Of a stretch of 64,000 nt of DNA, positions 25,461-39,895 are shown piece by piece. Source of the stretch: Hydrolagus colliei (lineage: Eukaryota); assembly GCA_035084275.1 (NCBI GenBank), contig CM068744.1:104036001-104100000 (forward strand), written 5' to 3'. Every line of letters starts with the position of its first letter. Positions within the stretch are counted from its first letter, which is position 1. The translations under genes and the position numbers were made by a program. A model generated the notes under the pieces. It saw only the letters and a list, made by a program, of their open reading frames with translations. It was not told the origin of the DNA and searched no databases.

Positions 25461-26509
25461 TAGTTGGCATTGACAAACACCTCCGTCAAAATCAGGTAGC
25501 CCACCACACAGTGATTGAACTAGGGATCTTTCTGTGTTGTAACAGCGAACTTGGCAACTGAATTATTTGGGATACATTCTGTAATCATCTCTCACCTTCC
25601 AGTTCTATCATTGAAATTTGTCATTTGTTCAATAACATTAGCTGTTATTGGTACCAAATACCTGGTACCAAATATTACGTGTGTATGACCCACTGTGAAG
25701 AACAGCACAGCAAAATTATGGCTCGTGTTTGGTATCTCATCCCAGAACTGGATTTCTGTGGCACTGCTACTAGGAAGAGATAAAGCTGATTTCACCTCCG
25801 ATAAGACATAGGACTCCAAGTCCTAGTAAGCACGAGATCAAAGTTGTGAGTAAACAGGCCAGGGCTGTATTAATCCCTTCAAAAAAAAACACATCAATGG
25901 CTATTGCATGATGTCAGGGTACAGGGTGGGTGACTGCAGGGAGATCAGATATACTAATCACAGTGTCCATAGAAAAGCCACCTATGAGACGAAGTTCCCA
26001 AATGCCATTGTGAGTTTCCACTTGACTTTACATTGTCCACCTGAATAAAGCCAGGGCTTCTGTGCAGCCAGGATCATCATACAATAGGGGGAGGTAAACG
26101 CAGAGCCTTTTTAAAAGTGCTTTACATACCCTCAAAGATAAAAAGAATCCTGCTTCTTTCTGTTCTTTTGTTTCCAGTAGGATATTTCTAAAACAAATTA
26201 CCTTACGTAAATTTGAAAAACAATAGGGTCAGGCAGTCTGTGTGAGTGGAGTGTTTACTTCTTAGCTGGAGATATTGATTCTGTCAAATGAATGATAGTT
26301 AATAAGTAACTGTTGAGAGGTAGCGGTGCTGTTGCCCTAGCTTAGCTGAACCGGTTCATACAGGTTTTGTTTTAACTTTTGCTCGTTGGGTCACCAAACA
26401 TCAGGTACATGATTAATGTCCCATTTTGACTGCCTTTCAATGAGGCATATATGGAATCATTTTGGTTCCATTCGGTTCCAATCGTGAATTGAAATGATCA
26501 ATTAATCAT

Positions 26510-26638
26510 TGGGGTTTTTTAAGGAATTATTATTAGATGTGTGGAGTAAGAAACTTAACCATTGGTTTCACCCTACCTGGAATCGAACCTAGGTCGCTTG
26601 TAAGGCGAGTGCTCTAACCACTGAGCTACAGGACTCCA
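26510..26638 (-). mobile_element. tRNA SINE 5' fragment
   Basis: Head ggagtcctgtagctcagtggttagagcactcgccttacaag on the minus strand. Confidence 0.85.
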
Positions 26639-27129
26639 AATGCAAAAGTGTTAATATTGGAGTGAGAAGATCTGGCAATGTTCTGTATACAACTATTACT
26701 ATGATTCCCACATACTTATCCACACACGAACACCATATGATTCTTGTTGATTAACCTCTTTGTGGAGTGATATATGTAGGCTGAGCATGGACGGAGTTCC
26801 ATGGTGATGTGCCAAGCAATGGAATATCAGAATTAAGTCAATGCTCTGTGACGGTTTATGTCCCTCTACCAGTTCGATCCGCAGTACTTCAAAGCATCTC
26901 TGGTAACAGCTCAGCCAGCCTGCCTCAACAGCCTTGCTTCGAGCAGCAGACTAGATATTGGGGCATTCCAATACATGGGAATTTCCATGTTTAGGTGAGA
27001 TGCCTGGAACTCTCAGTTTGGTTTGCATACTCTTCTTAAGCATGGCTAACTGTGCTTAACTGCATTCAGTCCAATTCATGATCCGTACTGATCTAACAGA
27101 TTGGAAAACATTCTTCATTTTTCATTGAA

Positions 27130-28124
27130 ATTCTTATTTCTTTTAATATATATTAATGATTTGGACTGGGGTGTGGGGAGCACAGTTTCCAAGTTTGCAG
27201 ATGATACTAAGTTAGGGATAATAATAAATAGTGAGGAGGATAGTAGCCATCTGCAAGACGATATAGACAAAATAGTAAAGTGGGCAGACACATGGTAGAT
27301 GAAGTTTAATGCAGAGAAGTGTGAGGTGATACATTTTGGGAGAAGAAATGAGGGGAGGCAATATAGATACAACAATTTTAAGGGGTGTGAGGGAACATAG
27401 AGACCTGGGGATTTGTATTAGCGACTCTTTGAAGGTGGCAGGACAGGTAGACAAAGCCGCTAAGAAGGCATACGGGATACTAGGCTTTATAAATAGGGGT
27501 ACAGAGTACAAAAGTCAGGAAGTGCTGACTAACCTCTATAAAACTTTGGTTAGGCCTCAGCTGGAGTACTGTGTCCAATTCTGATCACCACACTATAGAA
27601 AGGATGTTAAGGCATTGGAAAGGGTGCAAAGAAGGTTTACTAGAATGGTACCAGGATTGAGGGACTTCAGTTATGGGGAAAGGCTAGATAGGCTAGGTTT
27701 ATTCCCTTTGGAATAGAGAAGGTTCAGAGGAGGCTTAATAGAGGTTTATAAAATCATGAGGGGATTCGACAGGGTGAATAAGGAAAAACTGTTTCCACTG
27801 GTGGGCGAATCTGTGACGAGTGGTCACAGATTTAAAATAGTTTCAAAACGAAGCAGAGTGGAGCTAAGGAGAATTTATTTCATTCAGTGGGTTGTTCGAA
27901 TCTGGAATGCATTGCCTGAAAAGGTGATGGAGGCTGATTCAATAACAGCTTTTAAAAGAGAATTAGATCTTTATTTAGATCTTTAGGGAGAACAGGTCTG
28001 TTAGGTTATGGGGAGAGAGCGGGGCAGTGGGATTGAGTTGCTCTTTTCACAGAGCCGGCACAGACTAGATGGGCCGAATGGTCTCCTTTTGTGCCATAAA
28101 ATTCTATGATACTATGATTCTATG
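27130..28124 (+). mobile_element. CR1 LINE 3' ~1 kb, degenerate
   Basis: IYINDLD..SKFADDTKLG, YKTLVRPQLEYCVQF, several stops; tail attctatgatactatgattctatg. Confidence 0.96.
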
Positions 28125-29276
28125 AAAGGCTTGAGGGAATGTGAAATGTAAACAACTTGCGCTTACTGTATATAGTGTCTTTCGCACAGAATGCATGTCT
28201 TCAAGCATTTAACTGAGGATAGGAAGGAAATGAATTAGGGACGTTGATCAAAAAATGGTGTAAACACTATTTTTAAGAAGGTTCTGATGGCAAGGAGAGA
28301 GGAGGCGAGGTAAAGAGTTATTTTGGAAACAAGTTCCAGAAGGCACAGTAACTGAAAGTGCAGGTTTGTCAACATAGAATCAATTGAGATCTTTTAAAGT
28401 GAGATGGATAGATACTTAGGAAGCAAGGTATGAAGGAAATGAGGAACAGGCAGGGAAATTGGTTGTGATGGTCCACTTGAATGGTGGAACAAGTTTAATG
28501 GGCTGAATGGTTTATTCTTGGTCCTCTGTTACTATGTCTACGGGTTCCTATCCGCTCCATTTCAGCATATGTGTAAGACACCCACCTGACAAGGCAGGAG
28601 ATATGTACTGTGAGTTGAATTAGCCCAAACACTCTGATGCAAGATTCACATTAGAGATTCCAAGGTTGTACAGGCTTGCTTCACGTCTCCAATCAACATT
28701 CCATTTCCAGTAAGCAGAAGTTTTATTTTCAACAAGGACAGGAGTAAATAAACCCACGCTGTTTACACATGGGAATTTTTGGTAAACCAGCTACAGTAAA
28801 ACAAAATCACAGTAAATGCAAATGTCCAGCTGCAATGTGAATGGGGCTTCTGGGGGCTATTAAAGCTCCTAAGCAAAATGAGTTTGGATAGACTCAAAAC
28901 ATGTTCCCACTGGACATGTCATTGCTCTCCAAGTTGGCACAATTGGTGCTAATTTGGCAGTCATGAATGGTGTTGACATGAGGATGGGAAGTGAAAACTA
29001 CTCCCATTTTCATAGTTATAGTTGCAAGACTTGCTATAAGACTAGATGCCAAATTCATTGTTAACCCAGGTATATTTTAGCACTAATGATATTGCGCCTT
29101 TCACTTCTGGAGGATGTCTCAAATCGCTTCACAGGATATATGGTAAAGTATAATGACTGTAATTTGTAAGGCAACACAATATTCATTTTTGCACACAATA
29201 ACCCACACGCAGTCATGAAGTAAATTACCAATTTTAATCTGGTGAATTGTTGGCCAGGACACTGGAAGCATCTTGC

Positions 29277-29625
29277 GGAGCTCCTGTGGCTCAGTGGTTA
29301 GAGCACTTGTCTTGCAAGCTGGGAAGACCAAGCTGGGGAGACCTGTGTTCGAATCCAGGCAGGTCAGGGCGAAACCTTGGGCAAGTTTCCTTACTCCACA
29401 CACCTAATAATAATCCCTCCAAAAAAAAAACACAATTATAAAATTGGTCACTTCAATCCACGACTGTGTGTGGGACACTACTGTGAGCAATTGGCTGCCG
29501 CGATTCGCCCACAAATATACAGTCAATTCACTTTACAGTATATTCTGTGAAGCGCTTTGGGACATTGATAAGATGTGGAAAGCGCTATATCAAATGCAAG
29601 GATTATTATTATAATTATTATATTA
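29277..29625 (+). mobile_element. Young tRNA-derived SINE with intact A/B boxes, inserted in an older Deu SINE
   Basis: A box TGGCTCAGTGG, B box GTTCGAATCC, L2-like tail, (ATT)n; flanks ggccaggacac and tagtgccatggg match a minus-strand Deu SINE. Confidence 0.95.
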
Positions 29626-32600
29626 TCGTCCTTCTCTATTCAAGTAGTGCCATGGGCTAATATATTTGCAAGTGCTGTTGAATCCTGTTACAAGCTATTT
29701 CAACATAGACAGTTAAACTACTTTTGAGACCATGCACAAGTGTGGAAAATCTATATATTTATTCTTCACATCAATCCTGTTACAGATTATTTTGTTTGAT
29801 TTCTTTTTCTTTCATGCAACTACAATGTGTGAAGGAAACTTGAAAGGATCCTTCATGGGAGTAATATGAAGGCAGATTTTAAGAGTCACTTAAAATCACA
29901 GGTGAACTGGGACTTGCAGTATATCCCAAGTACTTACCGAATTACCGTTAAGTGTAGTGACCTGCTTTTGTTAACCTAAATGTACGGTCAATTCGCTTCA
30001 CAATATATTTTGTGAAGTGATTTGAGACTTCTGGAAGAAGTGAAAAGCACTATACCAAACGCAAGGATGATTGTTATTATTATAACACAACTATAGGGCA
30101 AATGCCTCACTGATCTGGGGCATTGTTGGCCAAGACGCCAGGAGAAACTGCTAACTCTTATAACATCATGGGATTTTTGGTATCTACGTGTATACAGTCA
30201 ATTCATTTTACAGCATATTCTATGAAGCGCTTTGAGATGTCTAGAAGACGTGAAAAGCGCTATATCAAAAATGCAAGGACTACACAGTACAGTACTCATG
30301 AAAATAAAGCCCTTCTTTTTCTCCTTTCTATACAACCATATTATGTATCCTTCAGTAACCGTATACTGTAACATGTAAAGTACAAATTCTTCCTCTCTTG
30401 AATTCCAGAATTACTTCGCATTCTCTTGGCTGTTTCACTTAAAATGTAATTTAAATGCTCAGTCAGTCTACTTGCTGATAATCCCAATTTTAAATCTGCC
30501 TGAATGGACAGATTACTGGTTGGCTGATTTAGAATTTGTTAAACTGACAAGTTTTTGAAAGGCATACTGGAGTTTGAAATAAAAAATGTTAGAGACAGAC
30601 TCCAAGCAGATCAAATATCGCATGTGATTGCATGGGAAAAACTGATCAATACAGTTATCTATGTTAATTCATTATCTAGTTTTCAGATCAAGCACCCAAC
30701 TTTAATATTTATGGTCTTTTAATACTTGGCTCACAAAAATGAATAACAGGACTATATAAAACACTGCAGCTAATAAGCTCCTCTGTTCACTGTGACAATG
30801 AAACTACAGCCTACTGGGCAACCAGAACTCATACTTTAGAGTTTGATCTCCATGTTCGGAATCCATTACCTCGGATGGTGGTGGAGGAGACTGAACCGAC
30901 TGGAATGTTTGAAAACAACATAGATACAGTAGTTGGAAAGTAAGGCTAATAATAACAACAATGATCCTTGCATTCAGCGCCTTGGAGCTTCCTTCTGACG
31001 TGAAAGGTGCTATATAAGTGTAATTTTGTCGTTTTGTTGTTGTTGCATTTGATATCTTGCCTTATCATGGTCTTCTAGACATCTCAAAGAATCGAGATGC
31101 GCTTCATAGAATATACTGTGAACTGTAGTGATTGTGTATTTTGTGGGTGAAACACGGCAGCCAGTTACACACAGCAGTATCCCACAACCAGTTGTGGATT
31201 GAGTGAGCAAATTTTTTATTTTTTTGAGCAAGGTGAATTAATGGTGGGCAGAAGTAGGCATAATAGATCTGCCGTGTTGATCTAATGAACTGGTTCAGTC
31301 TTGGAGCTGTATGCCCTTAATGTTCCTAAGGGGATTAAATGAAAAATTGTTTCCTGAGAAGCACTGGATCGAGAGTAGGAACAGGAAACCTGGCTGGCTT
31401 TCTTATTCTTAACATAGAATACTTATGGATGGGGAGGGGATATTGGTGGGTTACAGAAGAATTATTTCAATCTATAGGTTCGAATCACATTTCTTTTTCT
31501 CAGCAATGACTGTATGTGTGCTGTGTAACATGTTTGCAAACATGCTTGTTCTGTGAATTTTCAGTCTAAATAAAAGGAAAAGCGGGGGGAGAGGGATGGA
31601 GTGAGCCAGTGAACCCAAAAAGATTTTGCTCTGGGGCTGAAGATTGGTTGCATATAGTAGGGGCATCTGTATAGTCACGGCCACACAGTGATTACTTTTG
31701 CTGCTGATAAGCTTCCATTTCATACTAATTAAAAGACGGCTGAATGCTGGCTGTGGGCGATGGTTTAAAGAAATGTCAACATTTCACTTCCTAGAAACAC
31801 TGAAGTTGATTCAAACTGCAAACAGGAAAGTGAAATTTCTATGAAGCTGTTGCGAGAGATATTTTTCAACCATTGGACTGGGTAGTGAAGAAAACTCCTA
31901 CAACACGAGCTTGAGAGAGCATCTGTTTACAGATCAATTGTCTGTATAATATAGCAGTTATGACTTTGATTGCTGAATTGAATGTTATGCTTTTGTTGTC
32001 CACATCACCAATTGCATGAAATGATATGAAGAACTCCCTTAATTCACCTTAATTTGTTGCTTTCTTCAGTGAGGATATTATGTTGGTGGTCGATTAGCGG
32101 ATTGCTTTTCTGGGGATAATAACTCCTTAAAAAAAATTATAAATTGGTCACTCAATCCATGACTGTTTATGGGACTCTGCTGTGTGCAATTGGCTGCCAC
32201 GTTTCATCCACAAAATATAGTCAATTCACCTTACAGTATAGGCTGCGAAGCACTTTGAGACCACAAAAATATGGTAAGGTGCAATATCAAATGCAAGGAT
32301 GATTATTATTATTATAGTTCCTGCAGTTGATATAACACCTATAAGATTAGAAGCAAGAGTGTTACCAATTGAACCAAGCCTGTTCACTCCTGCATATTCT
32401 ACTACATTCCCCTTACACAGGCAACTTTATTAAGTCATGGATTTATGCAGCCTTCCACTTAACAATAGAGTCTCCCCTTTGGGGTCCTTATGGTGCAAAT
32501 TGCAATACAAAGAAATCAGTCTTTCCTCCTGAGTATATGTCACCTTTACAATCTGCCCCTCTTTAGTGTTGCTGGAAAATTTAACATGGGATCTGTCATT

Positions 32601-35600
32601 AATTTCCTCTGAGTAATAGACATGGGAGATTTGTGGCTACCAAGGGAATACATGAGAAAGGCAAAAGCAATTGAAATATGAGATGTATTCACTTTGATGG
32701 AGCTTTCGGTCATCTTTACCCCTTGGTTCTCTTTGCCCAGTTCAGGTGCCTAGCCAACGGTGTCAAGCACTTTGAGACATCTTCCCGATGTGAAAGCGCT
32801 GCATAAATGTAAATTTATATTGTAAAATTATTTTTCCATTCATTTCCAAACAGACTTTTTTTATTGATATCAAGTACAAATATGATTTTTTAAGGGAAGA
32901 CTTTTATTTGTTTTCTATCATTGTTAAACACAGGCGACACTACCACACTGCTGCCATAACTAATGAACAACGGAATCAGTTTAATCTCCATGTTGGAGGT
33001 GAAGAGGTGACACAGGATTCCTGTGCCACTGTGTACAAGGTAGAGAATAATAAATCATTGATTGTAATGAGTAAGTTGCAAGCATTATTTTAGCATTTTC
33101 CAAGTGTCTCACAGGTCTCTGCTTTAGAGTAACAGCCTCTAACAATTGCAGCAATGAAGCTCCAGGCAAAACAATTTGTAACTAAAACATAAGATTGCTT
33201 TCTCTCACGAATCCTGAGACTTAATAATATATACACAAGAAAATCTTCTTGTGTCAACGTACAGTTGCTTGGACATACCAAAAGTGATGCCTTACCCAAG
33301 CCCTTCACTCTCCCATCCCTTCCCGACGACTTTCTCAATCATGACTTCCATGAATCCAGGTCACAAAACCTACTTCTGTATCAGTTTTCAACTATCACAC
33401 GGTTCTGTTTTAGGCATTAACCTACTAATTGCATTAAACCAATTTCCAAATTATGATTGAATTTTTAAATTTCCAAAATACAAGGATTAATTTATTTATC
33501 GTTCAGGTAATTAATCAATGGAACCAAGTTGACAGGAAGTGTGGTTGAGTCTAGGACTCTGCATGATCTTGATGGGAAGACAGTACGCGTATTATGGATG
33601 AATGAGATCAACTAGGCAAAAAGGTTTCTTCAAACAACAGCAGCAACTTGCATTTATACAGTACTCTTCATGACAGTGTTAGTTGCCAGTGTTGGATGGA
33701 GGGAGAAGAGAAAGGGAGGTGGCTACAGTTGTGTTGGATGTGGTCAGATTTGAGGCAGAACGTGAAGGCAAAATACAAGGGTACAAGACAGAGAGTTGGA
33801 AGGAAGGAGTTCCAGAGGCTAGGGTTGTAGAAACTCAAGTCTCAGCCACTTATGGTGGAGCAGAGAAACCAGCGAACTCACATCAAGGCCGAGTAACTCT
33901 TGTCTCCCTAAACGGTTTGCCATCTGAGAGGGTATCCAGTGGATCAACATTTTGGGGACATGCAGAATTCAATATATGTCAAACCCTTCTGGCACTCTGA
34001 AACTTTGGCTCCAGCAAGGCTAATTTCAAGAGTTCAATGCATAGTGTAGTAAGAAGCTATGTTGTACAATGTATTGTCGAGCACTATGCACACTACTGTT
34101 CGTTTGGGGGATATCATGAAAAGGCTGTGCTATATTTCATGGAATAGAAACACGGTGACCAAACTTTTATTAGTCGTAAAAACAATTTTCAAAAGATCTT
34201 GGCAGCTGCAGAACTGACGAACTGAAAGTTTTTGATGACAGCTGGGCACCGTGTCTGTGATTATCTGTTGACTGTTAATCATCAACCTCCTGCTGTCAGC
34301 CACAAAAAGAGTTTCCCAGTCATTGGCCCCTTTCTGTTGTGAACAAAGTAGACCCGTAGCCATTGCTGAGGTGTGTAAGACATCTTGATTGCTCGGTGGT
34401 GTGAATATTTGCCAATAATTAAGTAAACAATTAATTGCTGTTCAACACGAGGAGTTTTCATTGTCTCACAAAACACAAAGTGTACCTTCAAAGCTTAAAA
34501 GTTTATTTTCCAATGTCAAATATTTATTGGCTGGTGTTTGATACAAAGGAATTGAGATTTTTATTTTTACATCTGAGCACACACATTTTTATTTGTTGTG
34601 TTTCTTTAAAATCTAGAAATCTGTCCGCGCACCCCCCCACCCCCCACCCTCTATAAAAGGAGGTATTTGTTTTGCAGATTTGGGTAATCCTTCAATATCA
34701 TAACTAATGGCCTTCACAGCGAGCTTTGGAAGGTTTCTTTGCCTGCAGGGAGCATCGCAGCAGTGTGTTAGTTATTCTGTACACACTACGCAAATTTATT
34801 TGGTCAGCCGGGTGTCTGACCCATGTGGAAATTTATCACTGTGCTGAAGAGTATCCAAATCAAACTGAAACTTCCATGCATCCCACCTACGCATGGAAAT
34901 TCCTGACTTATTTATTAGAATGGAATGCACACTGTCTCCTTGGAGTGACACATTTTGCTGACCTAATTCTAGACAGTACTAGGCACAGGTTGGCAAATGC
35001 CAAGAATGTGCGTTGGAGTACTGCTGAAGTGTAACCAGATGAAACCACAGTTTGCCATTGAAAGCACTACCTGAAACATGTTCCTTATTCCTGCTGCTTG
35101 TCCAGCTAGGATACCTAGCCATTAGGGCTTTTGCTTATAGGATTAACAAGATGAATGGGAAGCCTCCCTGTCCCCAGTGACTGGTCTGCGCTTCCAAATC
35201 CTAAAAGTGAACTGTGCTGGCTGGATTTTAATCAGCATTGTCCTGGAGTACTGCGGACCTCTGTGGCTCAGGAACTGGATTTCTGAGACCATCACAGAGA
35301 TTGAATCGATTCTGCTATTCCATGACAAACGTGCCACCTTGAAGCTAGTTCATCTCCAAGCAGATCTCACTTACTTCCATGATTCGGCACTATATCAAAT
35401 GCAAGGATTATTGTTATATCACCACAGCACAGAGCAAATTCAAACATATGGATTCACCAGTTTGTACATTCAAACCTGCATTTCCATGGCCTTGTACAAC
35501 ACCACCAGTGGCGTTAACCCATTGAGCCATGGGGAGAATAGGTTTAAGCTTCAATAAGGACCATTTTTACTGTTTGCATAAGCTTCTTTGGTAATTGATT

Positions 35601-36747
35601 CCCAGTGAAAACCATGTCAAAGTTAAATAACAAACTATTGATTTATTTAGTAAGCTGTGCGCAATATTTTATGGATAGTCATTGCAGCCTTATCATGATT
35701 ATTAGAACGCCCATTTGAGTTCTCTAATAGCTCATGAGGTACATTGACCATATGGTGATGCAGATCAGGAAGGTTCTGTTCCTTTTATGTGCAGGATATG
35801 CCTGCCTCACCTAGAATTCCTTGAAGATAAGCCACATCTGCAGATAAACAGGAGCAAATGTTGTTTGTGATATGAAATTTTAGGACAGATATATGGAATA
35901 ATATTTAAAGAAGTTTCCCAACACAATCAGTGTTAATTAGCACAAGGAATGGGTAAACGAATACCTCCAAATTCTTCATTTTGGTTAATAGGTGGCAGTA
36001 TTCCGATAAAGAACATAATAGTAATAATAATTCTTGCATTTGATATAGTGCATTTCACGTCTTCAAGTGAAATGTGCTCAAAGTGCTCCACTAATATCCT
36101 GAAAATTGTACTGACTTTGTGTTTTGTGGGTGAAATTACCTTCTTGTGATCCGTGCAGAATTCCAGCCTATGTTCCATGATAGCTGTATGTCAGACATCT
36201 TCTGGTTGGTTAAGAAGTACATGAAATTAACCTTTAAGTCGATTTGCTGAAGTCAGTGGAGAACACAGTTGTAACTCATGTGAAGGAGTTTTAAAGGAGG
36301 TTTGATTCCTGGGCAGGGGGGAAACCTCAGGTGAGTTTCCTTACTCCTTACTCCACAAACCTTGGTTTACTTATCAGTTGGTAGGAACCTAGTTGTTAGT
36401 CAATTGTCGCTTTCTGGAGGTAATAATCCCTTCCCCTCAAAAATTCTGCAATTTCTCACAAGCAATGATAGATTGAGTGACTCATAAAACATGCAGCCAA
36501 TCCATTTTATAATCAATTCTGTAGAGCGCTTTGAGATGTCTCAATAGTGTGATAAGGTACTATATAAAATACAAGGGTTATCATTATTAATATTGTTCCG
36601 ATACGTTTACAACCATATTCTTACCAGTAATCTTAGTTGCAGATTGGCAGGAAAGGAAACTATGACTTTGTCAATCCAAATTAATCTTAAATGTTTTCTT
36701 CTACTTGTGATATTGATTGTTTAACATTTATTATTCTGATTATAATA

Positions 36748-37010
36748 CAAGGCAGTCCTCGCTTAACATTGATTCGGTCAACGTTGCTTCATGATTAAGT
36801 TGCTGATGCATAGGGGAACATATATCCATTTAACGTCACGACGTTCACTATTACGTCATTCGCCAGTGGATGTAAACAAAGTACTTTGGATAGCGTAGGC
36901 GTATATAGACGTTGAACATTCGGTATTCTTATGCGGATTTGCTTAATGTCGTTTCTTTTAAAGTCACACTTTTCAAGAACACAACTATGACATTAAACAA
37001 GGACTAATTG
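36748..37010 (-). mobile_element. Tigger-like MITE, shorter relative of 11399-11876
   Basis: TA|caaggcagtcctcgcttaac ... cattaaacaaggactaattg|TA; shares gaacatatatccatttaac and cacttttcaagaacacaactatgacattaa in inverted orientation. Confidence 0.8.
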
Positions 37011-37149
37011 TATAGGTTCCAATTGTAAATAAAATTGTAAGCGTAATTCCTTCTAAATTGTTCAGTTAATATATGAAAATTGTTTGTCGCATTCACCTTC
37101 AAAACACATTACATTACACTTTCTTCAAAATTTAATATTTTGATCAAAA

Positions 37150-37470
37150 TGGCTTAAAAATGGCAGAGCTCGAGGTTCAGCCAGTGGGAGGGGGACGGGG
37201 AAGGTGATCGTAAGCTTGAAGAGAAAGCTCTTCAGGCTCAACCTGAAGATGGGAAAAGAGGGGGTGAGGCAAGGGATTTGGGGAAGGGAGTTCCAAAGTT
37301 TCAGGGTGTAGTGGCTGAAAGCACAGCCACCGATAGTGGAGCAGAGGATTCGGGGACAAGAAGGAGGCCAGACCCAGTTAAGCAAAAAGGGTACCGGGCA
37401 CTGCTGTGATGAGAGAGGAGTTTGTAGAGGTAGGGGGCTGCCAAGCAGTGGAAGGACTTAAACACAAGAG
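37150..37470 (-). mobile_element. Old L2 3' fragment
   Basis: TIGGCAFSH...LWNSLP...LKSFLF on the minus strand. Confidence 0.75.
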
Positions 37471-39606
37471 TGGTAGCACAGAACATTGCAATATTATAAG
37501 AAAAGTGAGTTTCTCCTTTATCTCTGTTAATAATTTTCTTTTTTTTTTAATGTTTGATAATTATGGTGTTATGGCCAATAATCCCCCAAATAAAATTGGT
37601 CATTTGCTTTTATTGCTGTTTGTGAGATATTGTTGTGCGCAAACTGGCTACTGTTTTTCCTACAGATACAGTAAAACAATTAATACACTTGACATTAAAA
37701 TTCCATGAAATACTTTGAGATGTCTCAGTGACATGTTTAGGTTCTATATCAAATGCAAGGATTATTGTACACTGATTCACAGGTCTTCCACTCCAAATAG
37801 ATTGCATCAAAGGGAATGATAGAGCAATTTGGAGTGATTCTGCTGATTCCTTAATATTTCCTGAAATAAGGAACTTTTCCACACCCCACACCCCCTTTGA
37901 AATTGGCCCATTTTAAATCCAAGGTGCAAGTTGTTCAAATTCAAAAAAGATAATCGTACTTTGAGTCTACTTTGTTGTGAGACTTTTTTTTAAAAACAAT
38001 CTTAACACAGATAAAGGGCCAAGGTCCACAGTGCATGGCCCGTGCATGCGTACATTTGTGTTTGAGTTCACCTCATGCTGGAAATGCAAATTATCCTAAA
38101 ACAAAACATTATGTTTGATATTTGCCTCAAACAAATAGGGATCTTTCACACATTTTTAAAAGTGTGAACATCAAGGCAAAAATACGTTCCATTTTTAATT
38201 CATAGGATTTTGACAAGTGTGTTTAATCATCTCTTATGTGTCGCAGGTGAAACCTGAAATATTCAAATTCTCTGAAGATGCTGAATAACAGCTGAGTTGT
38301 AATCGCCTCCCAAAAAAAGTCCAGCATAAGTAACAATATAGCAGTCAGTAATAAGTAGGAATCAGCATCTCATTCATTTAAAATTGGCGTTAACTCTGAC
38401 ACAGTCTCCTATAATAGATTGCTTGCACATATAGCAGACTGCATTCAGAAGAACACAGACAAGCACATTCTTTGTTTTCTTATACAGCTCAAAGTATTTG
38501 ATGTGGACAAAAAGGGAGTCATCAGTTTCTAAGAAGGAAGTTCTTGAACCTTGCAAAATGTTGGCACAAGTATGTGAGAGAGGGAGGGTAACAGCTTTTC
38601 AGATGAGAATAAGAAAGAAGAGACTTGTCTTATTTTCCAACAGTCGAATTCTGGAGGCAGGGTGTTGTTTGCTAACACAGGCTTGCTAGGCTGTTACAGG
38701 TTACAAGGCCACACAGAGATTGAGAGAATTGTTCAGGCTAAGGGCAGACTACACGGACAGATGTAGGTTTGCTCTGTAGTAAAACTTTCCTCTCTCACCA
38801 TTGGATTTTGTTTCTGTGACAATGTTCACCTCTCCTTGTCTGAACACATATGAATCCTTTCCTCTTCTATTTCAATACAGATTCATAGTTTCCTCTTGTC
38901 CTCAGTTATCTCACCTAGTTCTGAACCAGTTGGCAGACTCGAGCATGTGTTTGTGTGTGGTGGAGGGTATACCTTACATTCATATAGCGCTTTGAGCCGT
39001 CGATAAGACATGGAAAGTGTTTATAAATGTAAGGATTATTTATTATTATTACCAACCAAGGGCAATCTTTATCATAACTAAAGAGACATAAACTTTCCTG
39101 GATCTCTGGATATGGATCACAACAGGAAGAGCAGATATCCTGTTCTTGCCTAAGGTGTTGAAGTCAATTGCTAGATAGTAGTCAACTAAAGTAGTCAATA
39201 TTATACATAAGCTTCAAGGGGAGAATCAAGAAACTGAGTCACATTCTTCTAAAAGCCTCACAAGTGTTGGAAGATACACAATAAACGCAATAGCATTTTT
39301 TAAATTCCCTAACAGAACCCCAAAACACCAAGAGAGTTTCAAGTCCCATTTGGTGATGTAAGTGGATGGCATTCTGTAGACCCTGCTTGTGAATGTGGGT
39401 TGCAATAGCCAAGCATTAAATAGGAGCGCAGCCTAACATAGGGCCTCATGTCAGTTTGACTCAGGTGGTATCACTTTCACCTCTCTGTCAGAAGTTGCAG
39501 GTTCAGATTCATGTGTGGCTTACCAACAAAGAAAAACATAGTTATATTTTAATTAGCAAAGTTAGTATGCAGTAAAATATATTCTTGATCATTGATTGTT
39601 CCTTCA

Positions 39607-39895
39607 TAATAATGATTATCCTTGCATTCGATATAGCGCTTTTCAAGTCTTCTAGGCATCTCAAAGTGCTTCACAGAATATATTGTAAAGCGAATTGCCT
39701 ATATATATGTGGACAAAATGTGGCAGCCAATTGTGCACAGCAGTGTCCCCCAAACAATTTATTATTGTTTTTTATGAGAGATTATTATTAGACATGTGGA
39801 GTAAGGAAACTTGCCCAAGGTTTTGCCCTGCCCAGAATTGAACCTAGATCTCTCGCTTGTAAAGTGAGTGCACTAACCACTGAGCTACAGGATCT
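39607..39895 (-). mobile_element. tRNA-derived SINE, short variant
   Basis: Full head and tail matching other copies. Confidence 0.88.

Noticed and set aside
29277-29362. tRNA gene
   Set aside because: A/B boxes run straight into a SINE body and tail; multiple diverged copies; no proper cloverleaf.
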